Source: an uncultured Poribacteria bacterium (GTDB taxonomy: Bacteria; Poribacteria; WGA-4E; WGA-3G). From it: a stretch of 64,000 nt of DNA. Position numbers and translations under genes: made by a program. The stretch is from positions 3,200,001 through 3,264,000 of the forward strand of contig CATQHZ020000001.1 in the NCBI GenBank assembly GCA_958296135.2, given 5' to 3'. Each line of letters opens with the position of its first letter. The stretch's first letter is position 1. Under the pieces are notes generated by a model. It saw nothing but the letters and a program-made list of their open reading frames with translations. It ran no database searches and was not told the DNA's origin. Below are positions 18,813 through 29,196 of this stretch, one piece after another.

Positions 18813-19865
18813 ATGAAAACAGCGATTGGAATCGGTATTATCAGTTTCGCGCATGGGCACGCCAACGCCTATTGCAACCGGCTGCAGACGTTTGACGATG
18901 TCAACCTCGTTGCGTGTTGGGACGATAATGCCGAACGCGGCGAAGCCGCCGCTACGCAATTCGGGCTGAACTATTCGCCGCATCTTGAAGACGTGATTCA
19001 CCATCCGCAGATCGATGCCGTTATCGTGACGTGCGAGACGAATCGGCACGCGGAGATGGTAGAAGCGGCCGCGGCGGCAGGCAAGCATCTCCTCTGCCAA
19101 AAACCGATGGCACTCACGTTGGGGGATTGCGATAGGATTGCAGCGGCGGTGCAGAAATCTGGCGTGCAATTCATGATGGGCTATCAGATGCGGCGCGACC
19201 CGGCGAATATTGAGATGAAGCGGCTCATTGATAGCGGTGTGCTCGGAAAAATCGGAGTGCTACGCCGGCGGCACTGTATCAACGCGCTTTTCAGTGAGGC
19301 GTTCGTCACGGGCCCGAGTCGGTGGCACATTGAACCGGAGAAGAACATGGGTATGTTCATGGACGATGCCTCGCACGCCACCGATTTTATCCACTGGATG
19401 CTCGGTAAACCTACCAGCGTCATCGCCGAGATTGATAACATCTTAACTGACGTAGCACCCGACGATACCGGGTTAGCTGTCTACCGATTTCCGTGCGGCG
19501 CAATGGCGATTCTCCTGAACACTTCTGTCACGCTCGCTGGCGAAAATACCACCGAGATTTACGGCGACGAAGGCGTGGTTATCCAAAACTACGGCGATGG
19601 TCCTTCGTGTAACATGCCGCGTCCGGCGGACGCAGTTGCGCTGAAACTCTACACGCGTGATAAACCGGCATGGAAAGACTTGGGTATCCCGATTCCAAAC
19701 GGCCACGGTGAACGCATTGCGGCGGTGCCGCGTCCGTTTATTGACTGCCTCAAGAACGACACGGAGCCTGATGTGACGGTGGAAGATGGGCGCGTTTCGG
19801 TAGAGATGGTGTTGGGCGCGTATCAGTCAGCGCGCGAAGGAAAACGCGTTACGTTTCCGCTCTAA
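18813..19865 (+). CDS. Gfo/Idh/MocA family oxidoreductase
   Basis: GKHLLCQKP, DDASHATD. Confidence 0.9.
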   Translation: MKTAIGIGIISFAHGHANAYCNRLQTFDDVNLVACWDDNAERGEAAATQFGLNYSPHLEDVIHHPQIDAVIVTCETNRHAEMVEAAAAAGKHLLCQKPMALTLGDCDRIAAAVQKSGVQFMMGYQMRRDPANIEMKRLIDSGVLGKIGVLRRRHCINALFSEAFVTGPSRWHIEPEKNMGMFMDDASHATDFIHWMLGKPTSVIAEIDNILTDVAPDDTGLAVYRFPCGAMAILLNTSVTLAGENTTEIYGDEGVVIQNYGDGPSCNMPRPADAVALKLYTRDKPAWKDLGIPIPNGHGERIAAVPRPFIDCLKNDTEPDVTVEDGRVSVEMVLGAYQSAREGKRVTFPL

Positions 19866-19890
19866 ACATTGCATTTGAGCGTGACTCTCA

Positions 19891-20625
19891 TCACGGGCTA
19901 TTCCGGCGCATGATGCTGAGAATCTGTCCTGTCATCCCGCTATCAGTCGGTTGTGTTGCCAGGAAAAGTGCGGACGCAACAACCTGCTCGGGCTCCTTCC
20001 ACGGGTCGCTCTGAGCCCGGAACGTAGTCTGGCTTTGCCATGCCGATTTCGATAATTCCGTCTTGACGGGCCCGGGGATAAGCACATTGGCGATGATGCC
20101 GTCTTGCCACATTTCCTCGGCGATGGCTTGCGTTAGCCCGTGCAGAGCCGCCTTGGAGGCACAATAGATGCTGAGGTTGGCGTGTCCAACTTGTCCCATC
20201 CCGGAACCGATGTTGATGATATTCCCGGTTCCCTGTTGCTGCATGATTGGCAACACCGCGCGGCAGCAGTGGACAACGCCCATGACGTTTGTCTGCCATG
20301 TCTGTTCCCACTGCTCATCCGTGGTGTCTAAAAAGGGGCCCCTCGGATTAATGCCGGCGTTGTTCACGAGGATATCTATCTTTCCAAACCGCTCTACCGT
20401 TTTCTGAACGAGGGTTTTGATGTCGGCGCGGACTTGCAAATCGGTTGGCACTGCGAGGACTTCGCCGTCTTGTGCCGTGATTTCATCGGCCACCTCGTTC
20501 AGCTGCGCGTTACTTCGCGCGGCGATGACGACACTCGCGCCGTCGGCGGCGTAAGCAATCGCAATGGCTCTGCCGATGCCGCGTCCTCCTCCTGTGATGA
20601 TGGCGACTTTGTCTTGGAGTTGCAT
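19891..20625 (-). CDS. SDR family oxidoreductase
   Basis: TGGGRGIG, NNAG, YCASK. Confidence 0.95.
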   Translation of the reverse strand: MQLQDKVAIITGGGRGIGRAIAIAYAADGASVVIAARSNAQLNEVADEITAQDGEVLAVPTDLQVRADIKTLVQKTVERFGKIDILVNNAGINPRGPFLDTTDEQWEQTWQTNVMGVVHCCRAVLPIMQQQGTGNIINIGSGMGQVGHANLSIYCASKAALHGLTQAIAEEMWQDGIIANVLIPGPVKTELSKSAWQSQTTFRAQSDPWKEPEQVVASALFLATQPTDSGMTGQILSIMRRNSP

Positions 20626-20636
20626 GGTTGATTCCT

Positions 20637-21464
20637 TTATGAAGTTATTGCGCGGTGCCATATCTCCATTAACCGCGCCAACTGCCCCCGGCGCGCCGTG
20701 AGTTTCCGTTCTAAGTCTTTAGCGAGCGCGGTGAGCAAATCGGTGCCGCAGTCCCTCGCGTTTGCTACCTGTTGCTTAAGTTGATAGGTTCGTCCCGCTT
20801 TGAGGCGGTTCATCTCTAAGCGCAATTCGCCGGTTGCCCGGTTGAGGTGCCGCAGTTCGGCCTGCAGTCTGGCGTGCTTGTCGGCATTCGTTTCCTCGCG
20901 ATGCACCGCCGTGTCAGTATCGCCGATGCTCAATCGTTCTAGCGTTTGAATATCCTGTTCCTGATAGGCGCGATTGATGAGCGGCATGAGTTGTTCCCGC
21001 CGTTGCTGCTCGGCGGCATCGACAGTCTTGTCAGGGTGATACTGCTTCGCGAGTTTCCGATAGAGCATCTGGAGGTGCTTCGCCTTTTCCGCTGGTAATT
21101 CGTCGTCCGCTTTGGATGCGGGCGGCGATTCTTCCGCCTCCGCTGCTGCCTTGATGCGCGCGCGGTTTTCCTGAAAACAGGAAGTGACGCGCGCCTCTAT
21201 CTCTTTCTCGCTCACCTTTTCTCGATGCAGTTGCAAGCGGAGCCGATACGCCTTCGTCTCAAGTTCGACTTTATCCAACTCAAGGTAATAGCGGCCGACA
21301 TGCGCGTGATACTGATTCTGAAACGAGTCAACATCTGCCTTGAGATGTTCAACCTCCAAGGTGAGTTCGGCTACCTGCCGCCGTTTTGCTTCAATAGCCT
21401 GAAGTAGTTGGGAGGCTTCCTTCTCATCGGCACTGTTGACGTGAACTAAGGTGGCAGGCTTCAT
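20637..21464 (-). CDS. coiled-coil protein with central J domain
   Basis: LYRKLAKQYHPD...INRAY. Confidence 0.8.
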   Translation of the reverse strand: MKPATLVHVNSADEKEASQLLQAIEAKRRQVAELTLEVEHLKADVDSFQNQYHAHVGRYYLELDKVELETKAYRLRLQLHREKVSEKEIEARVTSCFQENRARIKAAAEAEESPPASKADDELPAEKAKHLQMLYRKLAKQYHPDKTVDAAEQQRREQLMPLINRAYQEQDIQTLERLSIGDTDTAVHREETNADKHARLQAELRHLNRATGELRLEMNRLKAGRTYQLKQQVANARDCGTDLLTALAKDLERKLTARRGQLARLMEIWHRAITS

Positions 21465-21489
21465 ATTTTTAAGGGAGCGGTGCGCGCTT

Positions 21490-21636
21490 ATACCAAATGA
21501 ATCAAAGTCGTTCGGGCTCGCCTAATCCCGGTGCTGATCTGGGAATAAATCCGCTCCATTCCCTGTATGACATGCAGGGCAGGATTAGACGAATCCTCCA
21601 CCTACAGGGGCAAGACGAGCCAACCTCATTTGGTAT
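21490..21636. mobile_element. MITE-like element with 11-bp terminal inverted repeats
   Basis: ATACCAAATGA ... TCATTTGGTAT. Confidence 0.6.
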
Positions 21637-21667
21637 TATGCGCGCTTGGAACGCGCGCCTACGGGCC

Positions 21668-22045
21668 CTACTTTTTCCGATAGGTGATACGTCCCCGTGT
21701 CAGATCGTAGGGGGACAACTCCACGGTTACCTTATCGCCCGGCAGAATTTTGATGAAAAACTTCCGCATTCTGCCAGAGATGTGCGCGAGGATCTGGTGC
21801 TTGTTGTCCAATTCCACGCGGAACATCGCGTTCGGGAGCGGTTCAACGACGACACCTTCCACCTCAATCTTATTGTTCTGAGCAGGGGCGCGTTCCGTTT
21901 CTTGTGATTGCGCGTCCTGTTCAGAACTGGGCTTTGTGTTGGGGTTGTTGCGCCGCTTTTTGGATTGCGGCTTCCGCTTTGAACGGCTCGGATTCACGTA
22001 GCGCGTCTGCGGCTTCCGCTTGTTTCCAGCTGGTCTTCGGTTCAC
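21668..22045 (-). CDS. infA: translation initiation factor IF-1 with N-terminal extension
   Basis: [20 protein letters not shown]...[15 protein letters not shown]; AGGAG RBS before GTG at 22045. Confidence 0.9.
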   Translation of the reverse strand: MNRRPAGNKRKPQTRYVNPSRSKRKPQSKKRRNNPNTKPSSEQDAQSQETERAPAQNNKIEVEGVVVEPLPNAMFRVELDNKHQILAHISGRMRKFFIKILPGDKVTVELSPYDLTRGRITYRKK

Positions 22046-22137
22046 AATAAATCTCCTTGTCTTATGGACAGCACCGCCACCCGTAGGCGCGTTTTGCAAC
22101 CGCGCCTACGGGGTTCGTGTTGCGTCTGTCCTATTTT

Positions 22138-22932
22138 TTACGATTCCTCTTCAAGACTGAAGAGGTTTCCGGTTTCGGCAACGAGTTCGTGGAAATAATC
22201 TATCGCGCGCTGAAGTTGCGCGTCGGCATCCGCGCCATCGGTGCTCGTTGAAACCAGATCTACCGGCATCGTGTCTCCGTCCGCTTTTCGGAGGGAGACA
22301 TACGCCTTTAAATAGACGTTCGGGTGGCGTTCCATCACTTTTTGCATTAGTGGGGAGACCGCCGCCTCAAACATAGTCACATAAACCCGCGCAGTGGCAA
22401 CCTCTGCGCTGTATCGTTCGGCAATTAAGGGTGCGACGTGCGCCTCAAAGATTGCCTTCATTTCACGCGGTGGGCCGGGCATCAGCACGAAGGTAGACTG
22501 CTGTTGAGCAACCCGGATGCACGGTGCCCATCCCGCTGGATTCTGAAAGACATCCGCCGTTTCTGGCATCGTTGCCATCTTCAGCAATGCTTCGTTGAGT
22601 GCTTCGTTTTCCTGCATGTTTCGGCGTTCCCGAAAATGCGCGACGGTTTCTTCGCTCACCACAACTTCTTTGCCGATGAGCGCGGTGACAACCGCCACCG
22701 TCATATCGTCCGGAGTCGGGCCAAGTCCCCCGGTCATCAGTATGAGCGAGGTTTCTCTATCGACAGCGGAACGCAACGCTTCGTGCATCTCCGCGAAATC
22801 GTCTCGAAGCATGGTAACCCGCCGTAACTCGCCGCCGAGTTGCAGAATCTGCTGCGCGAGCCAATGCGCGTTCGTATCCTGAATCTGTCCAATGACTAAT
22901 TCTGTGCCTATCGAAAAGAGTTCAATTGCCAC
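22138..22932 (-). CDS. CinA-like molybdopterin-binding-domain protein (no deamidase domain)
   Basis: IGTELVIGQIQDTN, GGLGPTPDD, MPGPPREM. Confidence 0.85.
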   Translation of the reverse strand: MAIELFSIGTELVIGQIQDTNAHWLAQQILQLGGELRRVTMLRDDFAEMHEALRSAVDRETSLILMTGGLGPTPDDMTVAVVTALIGKEVVVSEETVAHFRERRNMQENEALNEALLKMATMPETADVFQNPAGWAPCIRVAQQQSTFVLMPGPPREMKAIFEAHVAPLIAERYSAEVATARVYVTMFEAAVSPLMQKVMERHPNVYLKAYVSLRKADGDTMPVDLVSTSTDGADADAQLQRAIDYFHELVAETGNLFSLEEES

Positions 22933-23058
22933 ATTATGCTCCTCTAGGACTTACACCCAATGGTGTTAATTCGTCTTGTGAAGTTGCTTGGCGTTGGTAT
23001 TGGTATAACCGCCTGCTTCTGGGTTGCGCGCGTGGCACGCGCGCCTACCGGGGACGAC

Positions 23059-24093
23059 TTATAACACCCCGCGAAGGAACTGAAACGCGCCGATTCCGTG
23101 GAAGCTGTGCCCTGCCTCAAACGCCTCAAACCCTAATTTGTCGGCGGCTCCGAAGATCCTGAAGCACTCCTTTGCGCGATTCACGGCGAGACGGGTGGCT
23201 TCAATCGGGAAAATGGTATCTTCAGTGCCGGCTTCAACAAACATCGCCCGCGGCGCGATTAGCCCGGCAATATCAAACATCTCTGCGTATTTTAGCACAG
23301 ATGGGATATAATTGTCTATACAATGGCTCAGACTGAAGATACTATCCCGGAACGTGTTGAAATATCCGCTCACGACAGCCGCTTTGAAGCGCGTGTCTAG
23401 GGCAGAAGCGAAGAAGGTGGTTGTCCCCCCGCCGGAGATGCCCATGATACCGACGCGATTGCTGTCTATCTCCGGTAGCGTTTCCAAGTAGTCAAGTGCG
23501 CGTATAGCATCGTAGACGCGCCACCCTACCATGGTTTGTCCGAGGAGGAAGGCTGCGCCTGCACTAGGTTGGCACGATGAGTTTCCTGCACCTCTCTGCC
23601 GCGCGGCCCTATCGCGCCGATGGCCAAATCCGAATTGCTCAATTGCAAGGACAGCGTATCCGTGTGCAACGCATTGAAGTGCGAAATCGTTCTGATAGCC
23701 GCCGTATTCTGTCCGCATGCGGCCATTTTCTTCTATGCCGACGATGTCATCTACGCCGCGGCCGTGCCCTGCGAGACAGAGTATTGCGGGGCCCGGCGGC
23801 GCGAAGTCTTTCGGCAACAGCAAATAACCGAAGACTGTCATGTTTGGGCGGCTCTGAAACTGAACCGTTTCACGGTTATAACTCGCGAATTCGCGCGATT
23901 CCAACACTTGTGGTTGGAGGTTGCAGGGCTGCGGCGGGAAGCCGCCCACTAGTTCGGTGAGTTTGCGCCGCAGCGCGTTCTGCCATCTCTCCGCTTCTTC
24001 CCGCGTCGTCGCTTGAAACGCGAATTGGCGCGGTGTCTCCTCGTAGAGCACGTGAGAAAATGCTAACGTGTCCAGATGTTGTTCGTGAGCCAT
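23059..24093 (-). CDS. alpha/beta hydrolase (dienelactone hydrolase/acetylesterase-like)
   Basis: GISGGG nucleophile elbow, Asp and His near C-terminus. Confidence 0.85.
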   Translation of the reverse strand: MAHEQHLDTLAFSHVLYEETPRQFAFQATTREEAERWQNALRRKLTELVGGFPPQPCNLQPQVLESREFASYNRETVQFQSRPNMTVFGYLLLPKDFAPPGPAILCLAGHGRGVDDIVGIEENGRMRTEYGGYQNDFALQCVAHGYAVLAIEQFGFGHRRDRAARQRGAGNSSCQPSAGAAFLLGQTMVGWRVYDAIRALDYLETLPEIDSNRVGIMGISGGGTTTFFASALDTRFKAAVVSGYFNTFRDSIFSLSHCIDNYIPSVLKYAEMFDIAGLIAPRAMFVEAGTEDTIFPIEATRLAVNRAKECFRIFGAADKLGFEAFEAGHSFHGIGAFQFLRGVL

Positions 24094-24097
24094 TGCC

Positions 24098-25339
24098 TCA
24101 ATTCCTCAATAAATTTAAGACGAACCCTGTCGCCATTTTTGGGTAAAAATAGGTGGACTTCTGTGGCATCGTCTTTCCCGCCATCGCCACGTCCAAGACT
24201 TCCGAGACAGGTGTCGGATTCATTAACAGCGCGACGCGGCCGGTGCCGTTTTTGACGTATGCGACAGCCTCCGTTGCGTCCGCTGTGTAACTGAGATGTT
24301 CCGGCGTTGTCTCAATGCGGAACAGCCCATCGATGATGAGGTGCTGAAGTAGCGTCACATCCAGCTCTGTGGTTGCTGCATCCACCCTTGGAAGTAACAA
24401 ACGATAGGAATCGTCCGGTGTATACAGTCCAAAGGCGTTTTTTTTCCCTCGCCGTGCGGTAAGGTGTTCCATGAGCGATGCGAGACTATCTGTTTTGTGA
24501 ACATCAAACGCTTCGGGGAGTTTCGCGACGATGTGCGCGATTTTGTTTGGGTTAAGCCCTTGGATGAGACGATGAATGGCGAGCACTGCTAAGCCGGGTG
24601 ACTCCATTCGCACCAAATTCATCATCATGTAGTTGTAGCCTGCGCGGGCGTGCATCTCGTCGCGGAAAGCGAGGGCCGTCTCGTAGCGGTGATGTCCATC
24701 CGCGATGAGGAGCGGTTTGTCGGTGAAAAGTTCTTGGATTTCGCGCGTTTGGCTATCCATGCGCCACAATTGGTGGGTGCTACCGAACGCTGCGCCTACG
24801 CTGACAAGTGGTTCGGTAACCTTGGTGAAAGTGTCAGTTATTTCCTCAATATCCCCCGCTGTATCGGAGTAGAGCACGAAGATGGGGCTGAGATTCGCGT
24901 GGCATGCGCGCATCAGATTGAGCCGGTCTGCCTTCGGGCCCGCGTGCGTTTTTTCGTGCGGGAAAATGACGCGGTTCTCAAAAGGTTCTAGTTTCACCTT
25001 TGCGATAAGGGCGCGGCGCGTGTAGGTGATGCCATCCGGTGCCGTGAACGTCTGAGCATAGATGTAGTAACTCGGTGTTCTGTCGCGCACGAATGTCCCA
25101 TCGGATATCCACGTATCCATCAGTGCAGCGGCGCGCGTATACTGATTTTCGCTATCGGTATCGGTATCGCGCGGTTGGCTCAAAATTAAGCGGATGATGT
25201 TCGCCGGGTGGCGTGCTTCCAGTGCGACGCGTTCATCCGGTTTGATGACATCATACGGTGGTGCGATGACATCGGCAATGTCGCCTATCTTGTTGGGGTT
25301 GTAACGCAGTCCGCGAAACGGAGTAACTGTCGTCTCCAT
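24098..25339 (-). CDS. DUF1015 family protein
   Basis: PPYDVI, PHEKT, IADGHHRY, MPQKSTYFYPK. Confidence 0.9.
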   Translation of the reverse strand: METTVTPFRGLRYNPNKIGDIADVIAPPYDVIKPDERVALEARHPANIIRLILSQPRDTDTDSENQYTRAAALMDTWISDGTFVRDRTPSYYIYAQTFTAPDGITYTRRALIAKVKLEPFENRVIFPHEKTHAGPKADRLNLMRACHANLSPIFVLYSDTAGDIEEITDTFTKVTEPLVSVGAAFGSTHQLWRMDSQTREIQELFTDKPLLIADGHHRYETALAFRDEMHARAGYNYMMMNLVRMESPGLAVLAIHRLIQGLNPNKIAHIVAKLPEAFDVHKTDSLASLMEHLTARRGKKNAFGLYTPDDSYRLLLPRVDAATTELDVTLLQHLIIDGLFRIETTPEHLSYTADATEAVAYVKNGTGRVALLMNPTPVSEVLDVAMAGKTMPQKSTYFYPKMATGFVLNLLRN

Positions 25340-25438
25340 ATTTTTCGTAATCCTGTAAGGGAGAATTTCCATATCCTCCCGGTTTCTCTTGCGGCGGGCG
25401 GATATAGAAATCTGCCCTGACGACGTGTTCTGTATGGT

Positions 25439-26356
25439 TTAATCCCACAATCTCGTGCTAAAATAGCGTTCGCCCAGGTCATTGAAGACGGTGACGATAA
25501 CGCCTTCCTGAATCTGTTGCGCGACTTTGTATGCGCCGTAGAGGTAGCCGCCGGATGATTGTCCAACGAACCAGCCTCTTCGCGCGAGTCGGCTGCACAT
25601 CTCGTGTGCGTGCTCAATCGTTGCATGAATGCGGCAATCGATGATGCTCTCATCCAGAATTTCTGGCACAATGTCTTCTGAGTGCCCGAGCGGTTTTAAC
25701 CCCTCGATGCCGGGGAACGCCTCCGGCGAAATGGAGCATACCTGAATGTCAGGGTTATAGGTTTTGAGCCGTCTGCCGACACCGGTAATCGTGCCGCCCG
25801 TGCCGACACCGGCGACGAAATGGGTGACGTTTCCACCTGTCTGTTCCCAGATTTCCACACCGGTGGTTTCATAATGCGCGCGCCAGTTGTTCTCGTTTTC
25901 GTATTGCGATTTAAAAAAATACCTATCCGGTGCCGCTTCATAACGCCGCTCCACCTCGCGCAGGGCTTCGTCGTATCCGAGGATGGCATCGGTGTAGATA
26001 ACCCGCGCGCCGTGAGCGTGGATGCGCTTTTTGCGTTCGTCACTAGCGTTCTCTGGAATGACGAGCTCCACTTGGTAGCCGAGTGCCGCGCCAATCATTG
26101 CGTAAGCGATACCGGCGTTGCCGGAACTGGAATCCAAAATCACTTTGTCGCGCGTGAGTTCCCCCGATGCGATTGCCGCGGTGAGCATACGCGAGACTGG
26201 CCGGTCTTTGATAGAACCGCCGGGGTTATAGGTTTCTACCTTTGCGTAGATGTCAACGTTCGGCAGCTCGTCCTCAAATAGGGCTATCTTGGCGAGCGGT
26301 GTCTGTCCAATCAGTTGAAGCAGTGGAGAGTCTGCTGGGATAGTTCGGTTGCTCAT
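25439..26356 (-). CDS. PLP-dependent cysteine synthase family protein
   Basis: NPGGSIKDR, SSGNAG, GTGGT. Confidence 0.9.
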   Translation of the reverse strand: MSNRTIPADSPLLQLIGQTPLAKIALFEDELPNVDIYAKVETYNPGGSIKDRPVSRMLTAAIASGELTRDKVILDSSSGNAGIAYAMIGAALGYQVELVIPENASDERKKRIHAHGARVIYTDAILGYDEALREVERRYEAAPDRYFFKSQYENENNWRAHYETTGVEIWEQTGGNVTHFVAGVGTGGTITGVGRRLKTYNPDIQVCSISPEAFPGIEGLKPLGHSEDIVPEILDESIIDCRIHATIEHAHEMCSRLARRGWFVGQSSGGYLYGAYKVAQQIQEGVIVTVFNDLGERYFSTRLWD

Positions 26357-26443
26357 ATCGTGTTATTTGTCCTATGATTTCTGTAAAGCGGTTTCCGTTA
26401 GGGGCGAACGCGGCCGCCCCTGCGGGCGAAATTTGCGCTCATA

Positions 26444-26641
26444 TCACCCGATTTGATCTTCCACGCCGGGAACTTTTAATAAGTTCCTTGATTTTCGCCA
26501 ATTCTCGCTCAACGCCATCAAGTTTTTGAATTTTCGCATGAAATAAACAGTCAGCGTGACAATTAGTCCTGCTAGTCCTGCGGTTGCGATAACACAGAAG
26601 ACCAGGGTGCCGATTGCATTTGCGAGTTCCAAACTTGTCAT
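26444..26641 (-). CDS. small single-TM protein
   Basis: AAGGAG RBS, hydrophobic helix, basic tail. Confidence 0.5.
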   Translation of the reverse strand: MTSLELANAIGTLVFCVIATAGLAGLIVTLTVYFMRKFKNLMALSENWRKSRNLLKVPGVEDQIG

Positions 26642-26656
26642 TATTGTTCTCCTTTT

Positions 26657-27289
26657 TCAATGAAGCGTTGTGGAACTGAGGACACACGCTGGCCTATTAC
26701 GAAGGAGCCGCTCCATGTAAGCCTGCGCTGCGTCGCCCGTTAATTCGCCGCTCAGAATAGGTGTTACCTCGAATTCTGCCAACCGCACTGTTGGCTTGAG
26801 TCCGTGCATCGGCGGAAGCCAGTCCCGGAACGTATCAAAAAAAGCCCGCTGCGCCGCGCGCCCGTTTTGATAAGGAAAATCCGCTGTTGCGCGTCGGAAC
26901 CGCGCTGGCCCTTTTGCCAATGCCGCCGTGTGATACTGTCGGCAAAACTGCCGGTATGCCTCCGGTTCATACGCCAGTGGCACATCCGCTGGATAAAACT
27001 GCAATGTCCGTTCCCGATAGCGCGTGAAGTGTTGCACCTCGTCGAACTCAAAGATGAAGTGGTAAGGCTCTGGAAAATAGGCATCGGGAGTCAGGTACCC
27101 GTCAGCTTTCGTCGTTGTGCCTTCCCAATCTCCTTGCAGTTCGGCGTAAAGTGCCATGATGTCGGTGTAGGTGTCGCCAAAGTGTTCGGGGTGCGGTTTG
27201 TTGCGGAGCCATTCAAACTGGGCGCGTTTCTCAGCAGGTACTCCCAGGACTTCTTCTAGGATTGCGATGATACCGATTTCTAGGCGCAT
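26657..27289 (-). CDS. putative PD-(D/E)xK / Vsr-like nuclease
   Basis: LTPDAYF...FEFDEVQHF motif. Confidence 0.6.
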   Translation of the reverse strand: MRLEIGIIAILEEVLGVPAEKRAQFEWLRNKPHPEHFGDTYTDIMALYAELQGDWEGTTTKADGYLTPDAYFPEPYHFIFEFDEVQHFTRYRERTLQFYPADVPLAYEPEAYRQFCRQYHTAALAKGPARFRRATADFPYQNGRAAQRAFFDTFRDWLPPMHGLKPTVRLAEFEVTPILSGELTGDAAQAYMERLLRNRPACVLSSTTLH

Positions 27290-27368
27290 TTTTTTATTTC
27301 TGGAGATGCCCGCGCGGATGAAGACGAAAAATACCCACGTTAATTAAAGCGGGCCTCCCCGATACGCG

Positions 27369-28175
27369 CTACACAGGCGCGATGTCCAGATTTTTCAGCG
27401 AATCCTCCGCGGTTGAACCGATTAAACTGGCGAGGTAATCCCGGTCGCGTTGCAACGCCTCCAATTTGTCGTTGCCGTGGACGAATTCTACCTCGAGGTA
27501 GCCGTCATATCCGGCACTGCTGAGGATTTCAACGATGCGCGCGTAATCAACGATTCCCTCCGCGATGGGGCACGCTTTTCCCTGTTCGTCAAAATTTTGC
27601 GCGTGCACGTTGACAATATGCGCTGCGAGTTGTTGTGCGGCTGAGTGTGGTTCGTCGGCATCTGTCCGTGCAAGCGGCTGATAGTAGGTTTGGAGGGATG
27701 GCACGCTCACTCCTTCGACTACCTCCAAGATAGTCGCGATGCTATCGGTGAGGTTGTTGTTGTGCATCTCCAGCCCGAGTGTCATATTGCGGAAATTCGC
27801 CCACTGCGCCATGCTCACGAGTCGGAAGAGAATCAACCGTTTATCGGAAGGCGCGATGGATTTGGAGGGCCCACCGCCAGACCAGATTCTCACCAGGTCT
27901 GTGCCGAGTTCCTGCGCGATTTTGAACGCTTCTTCAAAATGTTTCTGGTAGAGCGGCATCATCGGGTTGACGTATGAGCCGAACGCGGAGATGGCCAGGC
28001 CTCTGCGGTGCGCTGTGTCTCTTATGTTTCTGATGTAAGCGACATCGACGTCCGCGGGGATGTGCGGCGGCTTACCCCAGATCTCGAGGCCGTGAAATCC
28101 GTAATCCGCGGCTATGTCTATTACCTCTTCCAGCGGTTTTTCTTGAAAAGCGATGGTGCATAAACCTAATTTCAT
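27369..28175 (-). CDS. sugar phosphate isomerase/epimerase (xylose isomerase-like TIM barrel)
   Basis: GFHGLEIW, LEMH, GYDGYLEVEF. Confidence 0.85.
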   Translation of the reverse strand: MKLGLCTIAFQEKPLEEVIDIAADYGFHGLEIWGKPPHIPADVDVAYIRNIRDTAHRRGLAISAFGSYVNPMMPLYQKHFEEAFKIAQELGTDLVRIWSGGGPSKSIAPSDKRLILFRLVSMAQWANFRNMTLGLEMHNNNLTDSIATILEVVEGVSVPSLQTYYQPLARTDADEPHSAAQQLAAHIVNVHAQNFDEQGKACPIAEGIVDYARIVEILSSAGYDGYLEVEFVHGNDKLEALQRDRDYLASLIGSTAEDSLKNLDIAPV

Positions 28176-28266
28176 CCGATTCCCCCCACTTTTGTCTATT
28201 TATATCAATTAAGGATACCACAAAAACAAAAAAATTGCAAGGAAAGTTTTTATTTTTTGTTGATAC

Positions 28267-28295
28267 TTGACATTAATGCGCCGGTCTGCTATAAT
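28267..28295 (+). promoter_or_regulatory. consensus sigma70 promoter of modABC
   Basis: TTGACA-17 bp-TATAAT with TG. Confidence 0.8.
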
Positions 28296-28331
28296 TTTCG
28301 TCAGATTAGCGTTTGCTTTCAGGAGAAAATC

Positions 28332-29096
28332 GTGTGCCAAAGCGTTACATTTGCAATCTTCGTCCTCTTGATGTTCATCGGGTTTTTCGGTTGCTCACAA
28401 CAGGCCGAGCTCACCGTTTTCGGTGCGATGAGTTTAACCGATGCGCTCACCGAAATCGGGGAGCAGTTTACCGAGGCGCATGATGTTAAAGTTTACTTCA
28501 GTTTCGCCGCGTCGTCAACGCTACAACGGCAACTTGAAAAAGGCGCGTCGGCGGATGTGTTTATCGCGGCGAGCCCGAAGCAAGTGGACGCGCTAGCGGC
28601 ACTGGATTTGGTAGTCACAGAGAGTCGCCGCGATGTGCTGGGCAATCGGTTGGTGCTCGTCGCGCATACCTCTACTCCGCTACAAGATGGACAAATATGG
28701 AAATCTGTCCTTACGAGTGAGGGTATCTCGCGAATTGCGATTGGCCAACCGGAAATCGTGCCTGCTGGCACCTACGCTAGAGCGGCGTTGACTACCTTAG
28801 GCGTGTGGGACGTGCTCCAACCCAAACTCATCTACGGTGTAGATGTCCGAGCGACTCTCGCCTATGTCACAGCGGGCAATGTCGATGTCGCGATTGTCTA
28901 TCAAACCGATGCAACGCTGGGCCGGGATGTCAAGGTGCTTTACCGATTCCCTACTGAAATGCATGCGCCGATTGTCTATCCTGCAGTCATCATGAAGGGG
29001 AGCCGGCAAAAGCAACACGCACAACAATTTATTGACTTTCTGAACTCCGCCCGCGCCAGCGAAATTTTTGAGAGGCACGGGTTTATGTGTCTGTAA
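28332..29096 (+). CDS. modA: molybdate ABC transporter substrate-binding lipoprotein
   Basis: AMSLTD, FAASSTL, VPAGTYA, VYQTDA; RBS plus GTG. Confidence 0.92.
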   Translation: MCQSVTFAIFVLLMFIGFFGCSQQAELTVFGAMSLTDALTEIGEQFTEAHDVKVYFSFAASSTLQRQLEKGASADVFIAASPKQVDALAALDLVVTESRRDVLGNRLVLVAHTSTPLQDGQIWKSVLTSEGISRIAIGQPEIVPAGTYARAALTTLGVWDVLQPKLIYGVDVRATLAYVTAGNVDVAIVYQTDATLGRDVKVLYRFPTEMHAPIVYPAVIMKGSRQKQHAQQFIDFLNSARASEIFERHGFMCL

Positions 29097-29196
29097 GCGT
29101 CAGGCGGATATGGACATCCGCCCTTACAATCTAAACCGGGTTTGCGCAAAACAGACCCGGGTGGCGCGCTTTGTAAGCGTGCCTACGGAATATTTG

